Positions 1-9,356 of a stretch of DNA of 58,500 bases are shown here, piece after piece. Position numbers and translations under genes: made by a program. Each line of letters opens with the position of its first letter. The stretch's first letter is position 1. This DNA is from Comamonadaceae bacterium (GTDB lineage Bacteria > Pseudomonadota > Gammaproteobacteria > Burkholderiales > Burkholderiaceae_C), in assembly GCA_947378275.1 (NCBI GenBank), contig CANCJD010000001.1, forward strand, positions 1-58,500, in the 5' to 3' direction. The notes under the pieces are model-generated. The model made no database searches. It saw nothing but the letters and a program-made list of their open reading frames with translations, and was not told where the DNA came from.

Positions 1-396
1 TTTGGCGCGCAGGTCACGCCCGCCTTGGGCGCCGAGCGCGTGATTTGCTGGGTGTGCGTGATGGCGCTGCCGCTGACCGTGCCCGGCGCGCTGCTGCACT
101 GGCCCGAGCAGGCGATTCGCACCACCTCGTGGCTGGCGCTGGGCTATGTGGGCGTGTTCTCCATGTGGGCTGGCTTTTTTGCCTGGTTTCGCGGCCTGGC
201 GCTGGGCGGCGCGCTGCGTGTCAGCCAGGTGCAACTGGTGCAGCCCTTCTTTAGCATCCTGGCCGCCGTGCCGCTCTTGGGCGAACCGCTGGAGGTGATG
301 ACCCTGGGCTTTGCGCTGGCCGTGGTGGCGGTGGTGTTTTTGGGCAAGCGTTTGTCGGCGGCTCCGGTAGTTGCGCCAGTGCGGGGTGCGGCATGA
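1..396 (+). CDS. DMT/EamA family transporter (5' part outside window)
   Basis: Frame is open from base 1; hydrophobic helices and the EamA C-terminal pattern (GFFAWFRGLALGGALRVSQVQLVQPF); stop overlaps the next ATG (ATGA). Confidence 0.85.
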   Translation, partial: FGAQVTPALGAERVICWVCVMALPLTVPGALLHWPEQAIRTTSWLALGYVGVFSMWAGFFAWFRGLALGGALRVSQVQLVQPFFSILAAVPLLGEPLEVMTLGFALAVVAVVFLGKRLSAAPVVAPVRGAA

Positions 397-992
397 ACCA
401 AGAATTAGCGCTCGCCGCTGGCGCCTTTATTTTGGCCAGCAGCATCACGCCGGGCCCGAACAACACCATGCTCATGGCCTCGGGCGTGAACTTTGGCATG
501 CGCCGCACGCTGCGCCATTTGGCCGGCGTGCAAATGGGCTTTGGCATCATGCTGCTGGCTGTGGGCCTGGGTTTGCATGCGGTGATGGCGCAGTTTCCGG
601 GTTTCTACGATGTGCTGCGATTTGCGGGCGCGGCCTATATGCTGGTGATCGCCTGGAAGCTCGCCACCGCCCAAGGTGCCAGCGGCGATGTGCAGCGCCC
701 CGCGCACCCCATGGGCTTTTGGGCGGCGGTGGCGTTTCAGTGGGTCAACCCTAAGGCCTGGGTGATGGCGGTAACTTTTATGAGCACCTACCCGCCCGCG
801 CAAGCGGGCCTTGCCCAGATTGCGCCTTTGGTGCTGCTGTTTGCCGTCTTGGGTACGCCATGCTCGGCCCTGTGGGCCGCGTTTGGCAGCACCCTGCGCA
901 GCTTTTTGCAAGACCCCAAGCGGCTGCGCATCTTCAACATCACCATGGCGCTGGCCTTGGTGGCCTCTTTGTATCCCATGCTCAAACCATGA
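393..992 (+). CDS. LysE/RhtB family translocator
   Basis: SITPGPNN and QWVNPKAW motifs; 199 aa, multi-pass membrane. Confidence 0.9.
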   Translation: MNQELALAAGAFILASSITPGPNNTMLMASGVNFGMRRTLRHLAGVQMGFGIMLLAVGLGLHAVMAQFPGFYDVLRFAGAAYMLVIAWKLATAQGASGDVQRPAHPMGFWAAVAFQWVNPKAWVMAVTFMSTYPPAQAGLAQIAPLVLLFAVLGTPCSALWAAFGSTLRSFLQDPKRLRIFNITMALALVASLYPMLKP

Positions 993-1315
993 TCTCTGCC
1001 GCCTTTATCTTTGAGCCCGGCACCTATGACGCGCGCTTTCTGGCGCTGGACGCCAAAATTGAGGCCGCCGCCGTCGCCACCCCCGGCTACCTGGGGCGCG
1101 AGACCTGGCAAAGCGAAGACGGCCGGCGCTTTAACGCCACCTACTACTGGACGGATCTGGACGCGCTCAAAGCCTTTAGCACCAACGCCGACCACCAAGA
1201 AGCCAAGCGCGACTACAAGCTTTGGTACAAGGGGTTTCATATCGTTATTTCTGAAGTGCTGCGCGCTTATGGCGACGGCAGTTTGGCGCACATTACCGCT
1301 GCCATATCCCATTAA
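989..1315 (+). CDS. antibiotic biosynthesis monooxygenase (ABM)-like dimeric alpha/beta barrel protein
   Basis: ATG at 989 overlaps the LysE stop (ATGA); PGYLGRE-W...YYW...H-EAK...WY pattern typical of ABM/DUF4188-like proteins. Confidence 0.75.
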   Translation: MISAAFIFEPGTYDARFLALDAKIEAAAVATPGYLGRETWQSEDGRRFNATYYWTDLDALKAFSTNADHQEAKRDYKLWYKGFHIVISEVLRAYGDGSLAHITAAISH

Positions 1316-1351
1316 CTTTTCTACCAAAACCCACCCGCCATTACCCTCGCC

Positions 1352-2329
1352 ATGAAAACCCGCCCCTTCCAACAAGTCGATGTCTTCACCGCCAACCCCT
1401 ACCTGGGCAACGCCTTGGCCGTGGTGCTGGACGGCACGGGCTTGAGCGACGCGCAAATGCAAAACTTTGCCCGTTGGACCAATCTGTCTGAGACCACGTT
1501 TTTACTTCCACCCACGCCCGAGGCTGCCGCCGCTGGTGCCGACTACCAAGTGCGCATCTTTGCGCCGGGTTACGAGATGCCCTTTGCCGGTCACCCCACG
1601 CTGGGCAGTTGCCACGCGTGGTTGCAGGCCGGTGGCGTGCCGCGGGAACCGGCGCGGGTGGTGCAGCAATGCAAGACGGGCCTGGTGGCCATTAGCCGCA
1701 CGCCCCATGCGGCTTCGCCCGGCGGCCAGCGCCTGGCCTTTGCCGCGCCGCCCTTGGTGCGCAGCGCGCCCACGCCCGAGGTGGGGGCTGCCTTGGCCGG
1801 TGCCCTGGGTTTGCACGCGCGCCAGATACTTGCGGCCCAGCACCTGTGCAACGGCCCGCAGCACTTCGGCTTTTTGGTGGACGACGCCGCTACCGTGCTG
1901 GCGCTGGAGCCTGACATGGCCGCGCTGGCGCGCTTGCTGCCGCAGTTCGGCATCAGCGGCCTGGGGCTGGCGGCGGTAGCGTCTGGCAGCGCAGCGCCGG
2001 GGCTGATTGGGCGCTCCAACCGCGAGGCGCGCGCCTTCGGGGGCGTTGGCGCCACTGCGGCGCAGCAGATGCCAGACGAGCCCTCGGTGGACGTGCGCTT
2101 CTTTTTCTCTACCGGGCCGCAAATCACCGAAGACCCGGTCACGGGCAGCTTCAACGCCAGCATGGCGCAGTGGCTGATTGCCGACGGTCACGCCCCACCC
2201 AGCTACACCGCCGCCCAAGGCAGCTGCCTGGGCGTGGAGGGACGGGTGCACATCACCCAAGACGCCAGCGGCCAGGTGTGGGTGGGTGGCGATGTGGTGA
2301 CCTGTGTGGACGGGCAGGTTTTGCTTTAA
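1352..2329 (+). CDS. PhzF family isomerase/epimerase
   Basis: VDVFT..GN, NLSETTF (catalytic Glu), PFAGHPT and EDPVTGS motifs. Confidence 0.9.
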   Translation: MKTRPFQQVDVFTANPYLGNALAVVLDGTGLSDAQMQNFARWTNLSETTFLLPPTPEAAAAGADYQVRIFAPGYEMPFAGHPTLGSCHAWLQAGGVPREPARVVQQCKTGLVAISRTPHAASPGGQRLAFAAPPLVRSAPTPEVGAALAGALGLHARQILAAQHLCNGPQHFGFLVDDAATVLALEPDMAALARLLPQFGISGLGLAAVASGSAAPGLIGRSNREARAFGGVGATAAQQMPDEPSVDVRFFFSTGPQITEDPVTGSFNASMAQWLIADGHAPPSYTAAQGSCLGVEGRVHITQDASGQVWVGGDVVTCVDGQVLL

Positions 2330-2403
2330 ACAAGCGAAATACTGCGCCTAAACTAGCGGCGTTTGCTCCCTGCGGGGGTGGACTGCCGACTGAAGGAGTT
2401 TCC

Positions 2404-3123
2404 ATGCACACCCAAGATTACCAATCCCCCACCGTGGCCCGCCTGCGCGCTGACCTGGCGCTGGCGCTGCGCGCCGCCGCCCACCACGGCCTGAGCGAAG
2501 GCGTGTGCAACCATTTCAGCGTGGAGCTGCCCGACGCCAGCGGGCGCTTTTTGCTCAACCCGCGTGGCCTGTTGTGGAGCGAGATCGGCGCCGACGACAT
2601 CGTGCTGGTGGACGCCGACGGCACCGTGCTTGCCGGGCGCCATCCGGTGGAATCCACCGCCATGTTTATCCACGCCGCCGTGCACCGCATCGCGGGCAAA
2701 GCCTGCGTGCTGCACACCCACATGCCCTACGCCACGGCGCTCACGCTCACCCGCTCGCGGGCGCTGGACACCACGCTTTCGCAAAACGCCATGCGCTTTT
2801 ATGGCCGCCTGGCCATTGACGCCCACTACAACGGCCTGGCGCTGGACGCCAGCGAGGGCGAACGCATCGCCACCGCCATGCAAGGCGCTGACGTTGCCTT
2901 TTTGGGCAACCACGGCGTCGTGGTCTGCGGCCAGCGCCTGGACTACGCCTATGACGATTTGTATTACCTGGAGCGCGCCTGTATGGCCCAGGTGTTGGCC
3001 CATTCCACCGGCTTGCCCCTGCTGCCGGTCGGTGCCGAAGTGGCTGCGCTGGTGGCCCAGCAAAGCATGAGCGAGCGCCTGCAGTCGGAGTTGTTTTTTG
3101 AGGCGCTGCGGCGTACGGTCTAG
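2404..3123 (+). CDS. class II aldolase/adducin family protein
   Basis: RBS AAGGAG before ATG 2404; NHFS, LHTH and NHG metal-binding motifs. Confidence 0.88.
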   Translation: MHTQDYQSPTVARLRADLALALRAAAHHGLSEGVCNHFSVELPDASGRFLLNPRGLLWSEIGADDIVLVDADGTVLAGRHPVESTAMFIHAAVHRIAGKACVLHTHMPYATALTLTRSRALDTTLSQNAMRFYGRLAIDAHYNGLALDASEGERIATAMQGADVAFLGNHGVVVCGQRLDYAYDDLYYLERACMAQVLAHSTGLPLLPVGAEVAALVAQQSMSERLQSELFFEALRRTV

Positions 3124-3126
3124 GGT

Positions 3127-4353
3127 TTAGGCCAGCGCTGCTTTGCGGCGGCGCGCGCCTACCAGGTACAGGCTCAGGCCAATCAACAGCATGTCCACCG
3201 CCAGCGACGCCAGATAGACCGGCACAAACGACTGCTGCTGCTCCCGCAGCAAACCGCCCAGCAAGTTGCCCAGCATGGAGCCCAGCCCCAGCAAGACGTT
3301 GCACATGGCAAACACGGCCGTGGCCTTGCGCGCATCAAACGACAGACTGACAAAGGCCGGTATCAGGCCAAAAATCGAGTTGAAAACCAGTCCAAACAGC
3401 GCCCCGCCCAGCAGCACCTCCGCCAGGGACGCATGGTGCAAAAACAACACGGTGCACAAGGCCAGCAAAAGGTAGCTCAGGTTCAGCGCCCGGGCCACCG
3501 TAATCTTGTCGGCCAGCGCGCCCATGGCCAAGCCGCCAAACATGCCCACAAAGCCGATGGTGGACCACACCCAGCCGGCCGACTCGGCGCTATAGCCCAG
3601 CTCTTCGCGCAAAAATGAGACCAGGTAGTTCATGGTCGGCATGCAGGCGATGCCGTTGAAGAACATCAAGAGCAAGACTACCCGCGCCAAAGGATCGCGC
3701 ACCACGGCGCGCCAGCCCAAGTCTTCCGCGGGGCGCGGCGCTTGGGCGTCCGCGTTCACGGCCGCGGTCTGGTCCACCCGCAAGCGCACAACGCCCCAGG
3801 CCAAAAGCGCAAACGTCAGCGCGGCAGAAAATACCCACACCAGCTTCCATCCGCCCAGGGGCAGTAGCGCAGGCGTGCTCAAGCCATTCAAAAACAAACC
3901 ATAGGCCGTGCCCGAGGACAGCAGCCCCAGCACCTTGCCCTGGTGCCGCGCCGCAATGCCGCCTTGCACCACCGCCACCATGGGCACCCACACGGTGGCC
4001 GCCGCGGCCCCTGTAATCACCATGAGCGCGGCGATATGCACCGCATTGGTCACCAGCGGCATCAGCGCCAGGCAGGCGCCGCAGGCCAACACCGAAGCCA
4101 AAATCAGCCGCACCGCCCCCAGCCCGCGTACCAGCAGGGCACACACCAACGCGCCCAGCAAAAATCCTACTTGCCCCAGCCCGGTAATCCAGCCGATCTC
4201 GGTGTAGTTCAGGGCCAGCGCCGCGCGCATGTCTGGCAACAGCGTGGAAAACAGGTAGACGCCAAACGCATAGGTGACGGCAATAAAGCTGGTCAGCAGC
4301 AGGGTGAGTTCCAGCGGCTGGGTGCGCGCTGGTGTTGGGCGTTGGGGGTGCAT
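3127..4353 (-). CDS. MFS transporter (YbfB/YjiJ-like)
   Basis: 408 aa with about 12 hydrophobic segments; GALADKI loop motif. Confidence 0.85.
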   Translation of the reverse strand: MHPQRPTPARTQPLELTLLLTSFIAVTYAFGVYLFSTLLPDMRAALALNYTEIGWITGLGQVGFLLGALVCALLVRGLGAVRLILASVLACGACLALMPLVTNAVHIAALMVITGAAAATVWVPMVAVVQGGIAARHQGKVLGLLSSGTAYGLFLNGLSTPALLPLGGWKLVWVFSAALTFALLAWGVVRLRVDQTAAVNADAQAPRPAEDLGWRAVVRDPLARVVLLLMFFNGIACMPTMNYLVSFLREELGYSAESAGWVWSTIGFVGMFGGLAMGALADKITVARALNLSYLLLALCTVLFLHHASLAEVLLGGALFGLVFNSIFGLIPAFVSLSFDARKATAVFAMCNVLLGLGSMLGNLLGGLLREQQQSFVPVYLASLAVDMLLIGLSLYLVGARRRKAALA

Positions 4354-4513
4354 GCGGGGGTGATCTTATGGGGGGATTGTTTTGGCGTCTATCGCCCCTA
4401 TCCTGTCCCCTCAGCGACCTCATCCCCGCCCACCCCAGGCCAGGACCTCCATCCTGCCCGCGCATAATCCGCGCTCAATCACTCAACTGCCCGCCTTGCA
4501 GGGCCAAATCACC

Positions 4514-5767
4514 ATGAATTTTGCGAACGTTTCGTCTTTGAAAACATTGCTTCTTCCCGCCTTGGTGGCCTCTGCGGCCCTTGGCGGCCTGACTGCCCAG
4601 GCCGAGGTGATCAAGATCGGCTTCATCGAAGTGATGTCCGGTCCCTTTGCCAAGACGGGCGAGGGCTCTTTGAGCCAGTTGCGCGAAGTGGCGCTGCAGC
4701 TCAACGCCAAGGCCAAGGGCAAAGAACCCACGTTTGAGATCGTGCCCTTTGACGGCAAGGGTTCGCCCCAGGAAAGCGTGGTCGCGCTCAAGTCGGCGGT
4801 GGACCAAGGCATTCACTACATCACCCAAGGCGGCGGCTCAGGCGTGGCGCTGGCGCTTACTGACGCGATTGCCAAACTCGCCGAGCGCGAGCCCGAAAAA
4901 GCCGTGGTGTTCATGAACTACGCGGCCATGGACCCTTTGCTCACCAACGAGCGCTGCAACTTTTGGCATTTCCGCTTCTACCCATCCAGCGAAATGAAGA
5001 TTGAGGCCCTGACCACCTATCTGGTCAAGCGACCAGACGTGAAAAAGGTGTTTCTGTTCAACCAAAACTACACCCACGGCCAGCAAGTGGCCAAGGCTTC
5101 GCGCCTGTATTTGAGCCGCAAGCGCCCCGACGTCACCATCGTGGGCGACGACATGATCCCGATTGCCCAGGTGCGCGACTTTGCGCCCTATGTGGCCAAG
5201 ATCAAGGCGTCTGGCGCGGACACGGTGATCACTTCCAACTGGGGCAGCGACCTGACCCTGTTCTTCAAGGCGGCCAAAGAAGGCGGCTTGAACATCAACT
5301 TCTTCACCATGAACGCCAACAACCCCGGCACGCCCGCAGAAATGGGTTCCTGGGGCGCAGAAAAAGTCGGCGTGATCTGGAACTGGGGCCACAACGCGCC
5401 CACGCCTGAGCTGGAAAAAACCTACCTCGCCTACAAAGCCAAGTACAACGAGGACTTCATCTTCGCCGCCCACTGGAATTCGCTGAGCATGCTGTCGGCT
5501 GCCGTGCAAAAAGCCGGAACAGTCGAGCCCAAAAAAGTGGCCTACACGCTCGAAGGCATGAAGTACAAGAGCCCGATTGGTGAAGTCGAAATGCGCAAGA
5601 CCGACCACCAGTTGCTCGCCCCCCTGTTCCTGGGCATCTGGGCCAAACAAGGCAGCAAAGGCGTGAAATACGACGCCGAGAAGACCGGCTATGGCTTCCG
5701 TTCTGAGGTGGTGTGGGATTCCTACATCAGCGCGCAGCCCACTTCGTGCCAGATGGCCCGTCCTTAA
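4514..5767 (+). CDS. branched-chain amino acid-type ABC transporter substrate-binding protein
   Basis: Signal peptide (..AQA-EVIKIG), SGPFA, CNFWHFRF, DFAPYVAKIKASGAD motifs; CATAAT -10-like hexamer at 4463-4468. Confidence 0.88.
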   Translation: MNFANVSSLKTLLLPALVASAALGGLTAQAEVIKIGFIEVMSGPFAKTGEGSLSQLREVALQLNAKAKGKEPTFEIVPFDGKGSPQESVVALKSAVDQGIHYITQGGGSGVALALTDAIAKLAEREPEKAVVFMNYAAMDPLLTNERCNFWHFRFYPSSEMKIEALTTYLVKRPDVKKVFLFNQNYTHGQQVAKASRLYLSRKRPDVTIVGDDMIPIAQVRDFAPYVAKIKASGADTVITSNWGSDLTLFFKAAKEGGLNINFFTMNANNPGTPAEMGSWGAEKVGVIWNWGHNAPTPELEKTYLAYKAKYNEDFIFAAHWNSLSMLSAAVQKAGTVEPKKVAYTLEGMKYKSPIGEVEMRKTDHQLLAPLFLGIWAKQGSKGVKYDAEKTGYGFRSEVVWDSYISAQPTSCQMARP

Positions 5768-5786
5768 TCCATTGAAAGAACCCGCC

Positions 5787-7409
5787 ATGCTCCAACCCGG
5801 CCTGATGATGAACCTTCCCTTGCTGCTTTCCAGCGTGATTGAGCACGCCGCAGCGCAATTTGGCACGGTCGAAGTCGTGTCCCGCGAAACCCACGGCCCG
5901 CTGTTTCGCTACACCTACGCCGACTGCGCGGTGCGCGCACGCAAGCTGGCCAACGCGCTGGCCGGTTTGGGCCTCACAGGCGGCGACGCTGTGGGCTCCA
6001 TTGCCTGGAACAACCACCGCCACCTGGAGGCGTACTACGCCGTTTCGGGCAGCGGCATGGTGATGCACACCTGCAACCCGCGCCTGCAGGCGCAGCAGCT
6101 CATCTACATCATCAACCACGCCGAAGACCGCGTGGTCTTGTTCGATGCCACCTTTGCGCCGCTGGTCAAAGGCATTGCCGCGCATTGCCCCGGCGTGCGT
6201 GCCTGGATTTGTCTGGCCGATGCGGCCAACACACCGGCCATTGACGGCGTGGCCAACCTGCTGTCCTACGACGAGCTGATCGCCCCTTGCAGCGATGTGT
6301 TTGCCTGGCCGCAATTGGACGAGAACACCGGTGCGGCGCTGTGCTACACCTCGGGCACCACCGGCAACCCCAAAGGCGCCATGTATTCGCACCGCGCGCT
6401 GGTACTCAACGCCATGTCGGGCTGCCTGCCGGGCCTGCTGTCGCTCTCACCGAGCGACACCATACTGCCCGTGGTACCCATGTTCCACATCAACGCCTGG
6501 TGCATTCCCTATGCGGCCCCGATTGGCGGCACCAAGCTGGTCTTGCCCGGCCCCAAGCTTGACGGCCAGTCGCTCTACGAGCTGATGGAGTCTGAGGGCG
6601 TAACCATCAGCGCCGGCGTGCCCACCATCTGGCAAGGCCTCTTGGCCTATGTGGAACAGCACGGCCTGCGCTTTAGCACCATGCGCCGCACCGGCGTGGG
6701 CGGCTCGGCCATGCCGCAGGCGCTGATCGCCAAGTTCATGGACGTGTATGGCGTGGACGTGCGCCACGGCTGGGGCATGACCGAGACCACCGCCATCGGT
6801 ACCATGAGCACCTTGCCGCCACAAGCCAAAGACTGGACCTCAGAACAAAAGCAGGCCTTGCTGGCCAAACAAGGCCGCAGTGCCTTTGGCGTAGAGATCA
6901 AAATCGTCAGCGAAGACGGCGTCACCTTGCCGCGCGACGGCACCTCGCAAGGCGAACTCATGGTGCGCGGCCACTGGATTATTTCGTCCTACTTCAAGGG
7001 TGAGAATTCGCCCCTGATCGACGGCTGGTTCCCCACCGGTGACATTGCCACCATCGCCCCCGACGGCACCATGCAAATCCGCGACCGCACCAAAGACGTG
7101 ATCAAAACCGGCGGCGAATGGATCAGCTCCATCGACCTCGAAAGCGCCGCCGTGGGCCACCCCGCTGTGGCCATGGCCGCCGTCATCGGCGTCAAGCACC
7201 CCAAGTGGGACGAGCGCCCCTTGCTCTTCATCGTGCGCAAACCTGGTGCCACTTTGGAGAAGGAAGAAATCCTGAAATTCCTGGAAACCAAGGTCGCCAA
7301 ATGGTGGGTGCCCGACGACGTGGTGTTCCTCGAATCCCTGCCCGTAGGCGGCACTGGCAAAGTGCAAAAGGGTGATCTGCGCAAGCAATACGGTGGTGTG
7401 TTCAGCTAA
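5787..7409 (+). CDS. acyl-CoA ligase, AlkK/DmdB-like (medium/long-chain fatty acid or 3-methylthiopropionate CoA ligase)
   Basis: YTSGTTGNPKG, GWGMTE, TGD, DRTKDVIKTGGEWISS AMP-binding motifs. Confidence 0.88.
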   Translation: MLQPGLMMNLPLLLSSVIEHAAAQFGTVEVVSRETHGPLFRYTYADCAVRARKLANALAGLGLTGGDAVGSIAWNNHRHLEAYYAVSGSGMVMHTCNPRLQAQQLIYIINHAEDRVVLFDATFAPLVKGIAAHCPGVRAWICLADAANTPAIDGVANLLSYDELIAPCSDVFAWPQLDENTGAALCYTSGTTGNPKGAMYSHRALVLNAMSGCLPGLLSLSPSDTILPVVPMFHINAWCIPYAAPIGGTKLVLPGPKLDGQSLYELMESEGVTISAGVPTIWQGLLAYVEQHGLRFSTMRRTGVGGSAMPQALIAKFMDVYGVDVRHGWGMTETTAIGTMSTLPPQAKDWTSEQKQALLAKQGRSAFGVEIKIVSEDGVTLPRDGTSQGELMVRGHWIISSYFKGENSPLIDGWFPTGDIATIAPDGTMQIRDRTKDVIKTGGEWISSIDLESAAVGHPAVAMAAVIGVKHPKWDERPLLFIVRKPGATLEKEEILKFLETKVAKWWVPDDVVFLESLPVGGTGKVQKGDLRKQYGGVFS

Positions 7410-7445
7410 AGGCGCCCTGCCGGCGCGGTGGATGGCGATTGCAGC

Positions 7446-8111
7446 ATGAAGCCGCCGCGCTTGGTGATGTTTGACCTGGACGGCACCCTGGTCGACACCG
7501 CCCCCGAAATCTGTGACGCCGTTAACGACACGCTCTGCCACTTTGCGCTGGCGCCGGTGGCGCTGCAGCAAGTCAAGGACTGGATTGGCCACGGCACGCA
7601 CAGTTTGCTGGTGCAAGCCCTGGCCTGTAGCCAATGCCAGACCGAGGCGGCGGTGCGCGCGTCCGCGGCTTTGGCCGGTATTGCCGCCGTGTTCAAAATC
7701 CGTTACGCCCGGCGCTGCGGCACCGGCAGCCAGCCCTATGCCGATGTAGTGCAAACCTTGGAGCGCCTGCGCCAGCGTGGCGCGCACCTAGCCGTGGTCA
7801 CTAACAAGGAAAGCGCCTATACCCAAACCGTGCTGGACGCCCATGGACTCACACCGTTCTTCGGTGCCATCATTTCTGGCGACACGTTTGCGACCAAAAA
7901 GCCTTCTCCCGAGGGCGTTTCAGCCTGCTTGGCGCAGTTTGGCGTAGCGGCCAGTGAGGCGCTGTTTGTGGGCGACTCCAGCATCGATGTGGCCACCGCC
8001 CGCAACGCCGGTGTGCCCGTATGGGTCGTGCCCTATGGCTACAACATGGGCCAGCCGATTGCAGCCAGCGCGCCGGACCGCACCATTGCCACCATTGGGG
8101 CGATTGAATAG
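7446..8111 (+). CDS. gph: phosphoglycolate phosphatase (HAD family)
   Basis: FDLDGTLVDT, VVTNK, KP-P, VGDS-ID HAD motifs and GYN motif. Confidence 0.8.
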   Translation: MKPPRLVMFDLDGTLVDTAPEICDAVNDTLCHFALAPVALQQVKDWIGHGTHSLLVQALACSQCQTEAAVRASAALAGIAAVFKIRYARRCGTGSQPYADVVQTLERLRQRGAHLAVVTNKESAYTQTVLDAHGLTPFFGAIISGDTFATKKPSPEGVSACLAQFGVAASEALFVGDSSIDVATARNAGVPVWVVPYGYNMGQPIAASAPDRTIATIGAIE

Positions 8112-8121
8112 CGCGCGGCGC

Positions 8122-9345
8122 TTACTTGACCAACTGGTTCATCTCAATAATCGGCAGCAGCACTGCCAGCACGATCAGCATTACCACCAGGCCCATGGCC
8201 ACGATCAGGAGCGGCTCGAGCAGCGTGGCCAGGCCCATGGCGCGGCGCTGCACTTCGGTGCTGAGTTGGGTGGCAGCGCGTTGCAGCATCAGTGGCAACT
8301 GGCCGGTTTGTTCGCCCAGGCGGGCAAACATGGCCAAGAGGGGCGGGAAGCGCTTCTTTTGCGCCAAGGCAGCGGCCAGGGGAGCGCCTTCGCGCACCGC
8401 CACCAGCGCGTCTTGGGCGTCTTGGCGCATGGCCTGGTTGCTCAGGGTGTCGGCGGCGGCTTGCAGGGCTTTGAGAATGGGCACACCCGCGCCGCAGAGC
8501 ATGGCCAGCGTGCTGGCGAAGCGCGCGGCATTGAAGCTGCGCGAGAGTTTGCCCACCACCGGAATGCCCAACCAGGCCGCGTCAAACTGGAGGCGCAGGG
8601 CCGGAGCGCGCAGCGCCAGGCGCAAGCCCACCGAGCCCGCCACCACCGCCAGCAGCAGCAGCCAGCCGTAGCTGCGCACAAAGCTGCTCACGCCCAGCAT
8701 CAGCACGGTAAGCAAAGGCAGCGCGCGCTTGCTGCCCGCAAACACGCTGGCTACCTGCGGCACCACATAGGTCACCAAAAAAACCACAATGCACAGCGCC
8801 ACCAGGCTGACGATGGCCGGGTACAGCGCCGCGCCCAAAAGCTTTGCGTTCAAGGCCTGTTGGTCTTCTAGGTCTTGGGCTAGGTGCTCCAGCACGGCGC
8901 CCAAGCTGCCGCTTTGCTCGCCCGCGCCCACCACCGCCACAAAGATGCTTGAGAACTCGCCAGGGTGGCGCGCCAGAGCTTTGGCAAAGGTGCTGCCGCT
9001 GTTGACCTCGGCGCGCAAATCGGCCACCAGGTTGCGTTCGGCCTCGCGCTCGGCTTCGGTGCTGAGCGAGGCGAGCGCCCGCTCCAGCGGCAGGCCCGAG
9101 GCCACCAGACTGGCCAGCTGGCGCGTCCATACGCTCAGGGCGCTGGCGTTGAACACGCGGCGGCGAAACAGGCCGGCGCTGCCACTGGCCTCGCCCTGCG
9201 CGGTTGACGCCACCGGTTCGACTTTGAGCGGCACCAGCGCTTGCGCGCGCAACTGCGTGCGCGCGGCTTTGGCTGAATCGGCCTCGACCGTGCCCCGGCG
9301 CAACTGGCCGTCGGCCGTCAGGGCTTCAAAAGCGTAGGCGGGCAT
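8122..9345 (-). CDS. gspF: type II secretion inner membrane protein F
   Basis: The supplied track labels this +, but MPAYAFEAL reads on the minus strand from CAT at 9343-9345 to TTA at 8122; two T2SSF repeats (GEQSG..YP; GEQTG..LLEP). Confidence 0.95.
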   Translation of the reverse strand: MPAYAFEALTADGQLRRGTVEADSAKAARTQLRAQALVPLKVEPVASTAQGEASGSAGLFRRRVFNASALSVWTRQLASLVASGLPLERALASLSTEAEREAERNLVADLRAEVNSGSTFAKALARHPGEFSSIFVAVVGAGEQSGSLGAVLEHLAQDLEDQQALNAKLLGAALYPAIVSLVALCIVVFLVTYVVPQVASVFAGSKRALPLLTVLMLGVSSFVRSYGWLLLLAVVAGSVGLRLALRAPALRLQFDAAWLGIPVVGKLSRSFNAARFASTLAMLCGAGVPILKALQAAADTLSNQAMRQDAQDALVAVREGAPLAAALAQKKRFPPLLAMFARLGEQTGQLPLMLQRAATQLSTEVQRRAMGLATLLEPLLIVAMGLVVMLIVLAVLLPIIEMNQLVK

Positions 9346-9356
9346 GAACGCAGCCT

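Noticed and set aside
1352-2329. Phenazine biosynthesis
   Set aside because: Only a PhzF-family gene; no phzA/B/D/E/G homologues.
2340-2390. Possible decayed copy of the rep-inserted element (TACTGCGC...CTCCCTGCGGGGG)
   Set aside because: Match is short and gapped, as expected by chance in GC-rich DNA.
8122-9345. ORF track lists GspF on the + strand
   Set aside because: The protein reads from CAT at 9343-9345 on the minus strand; this is a label error, not an inversion.
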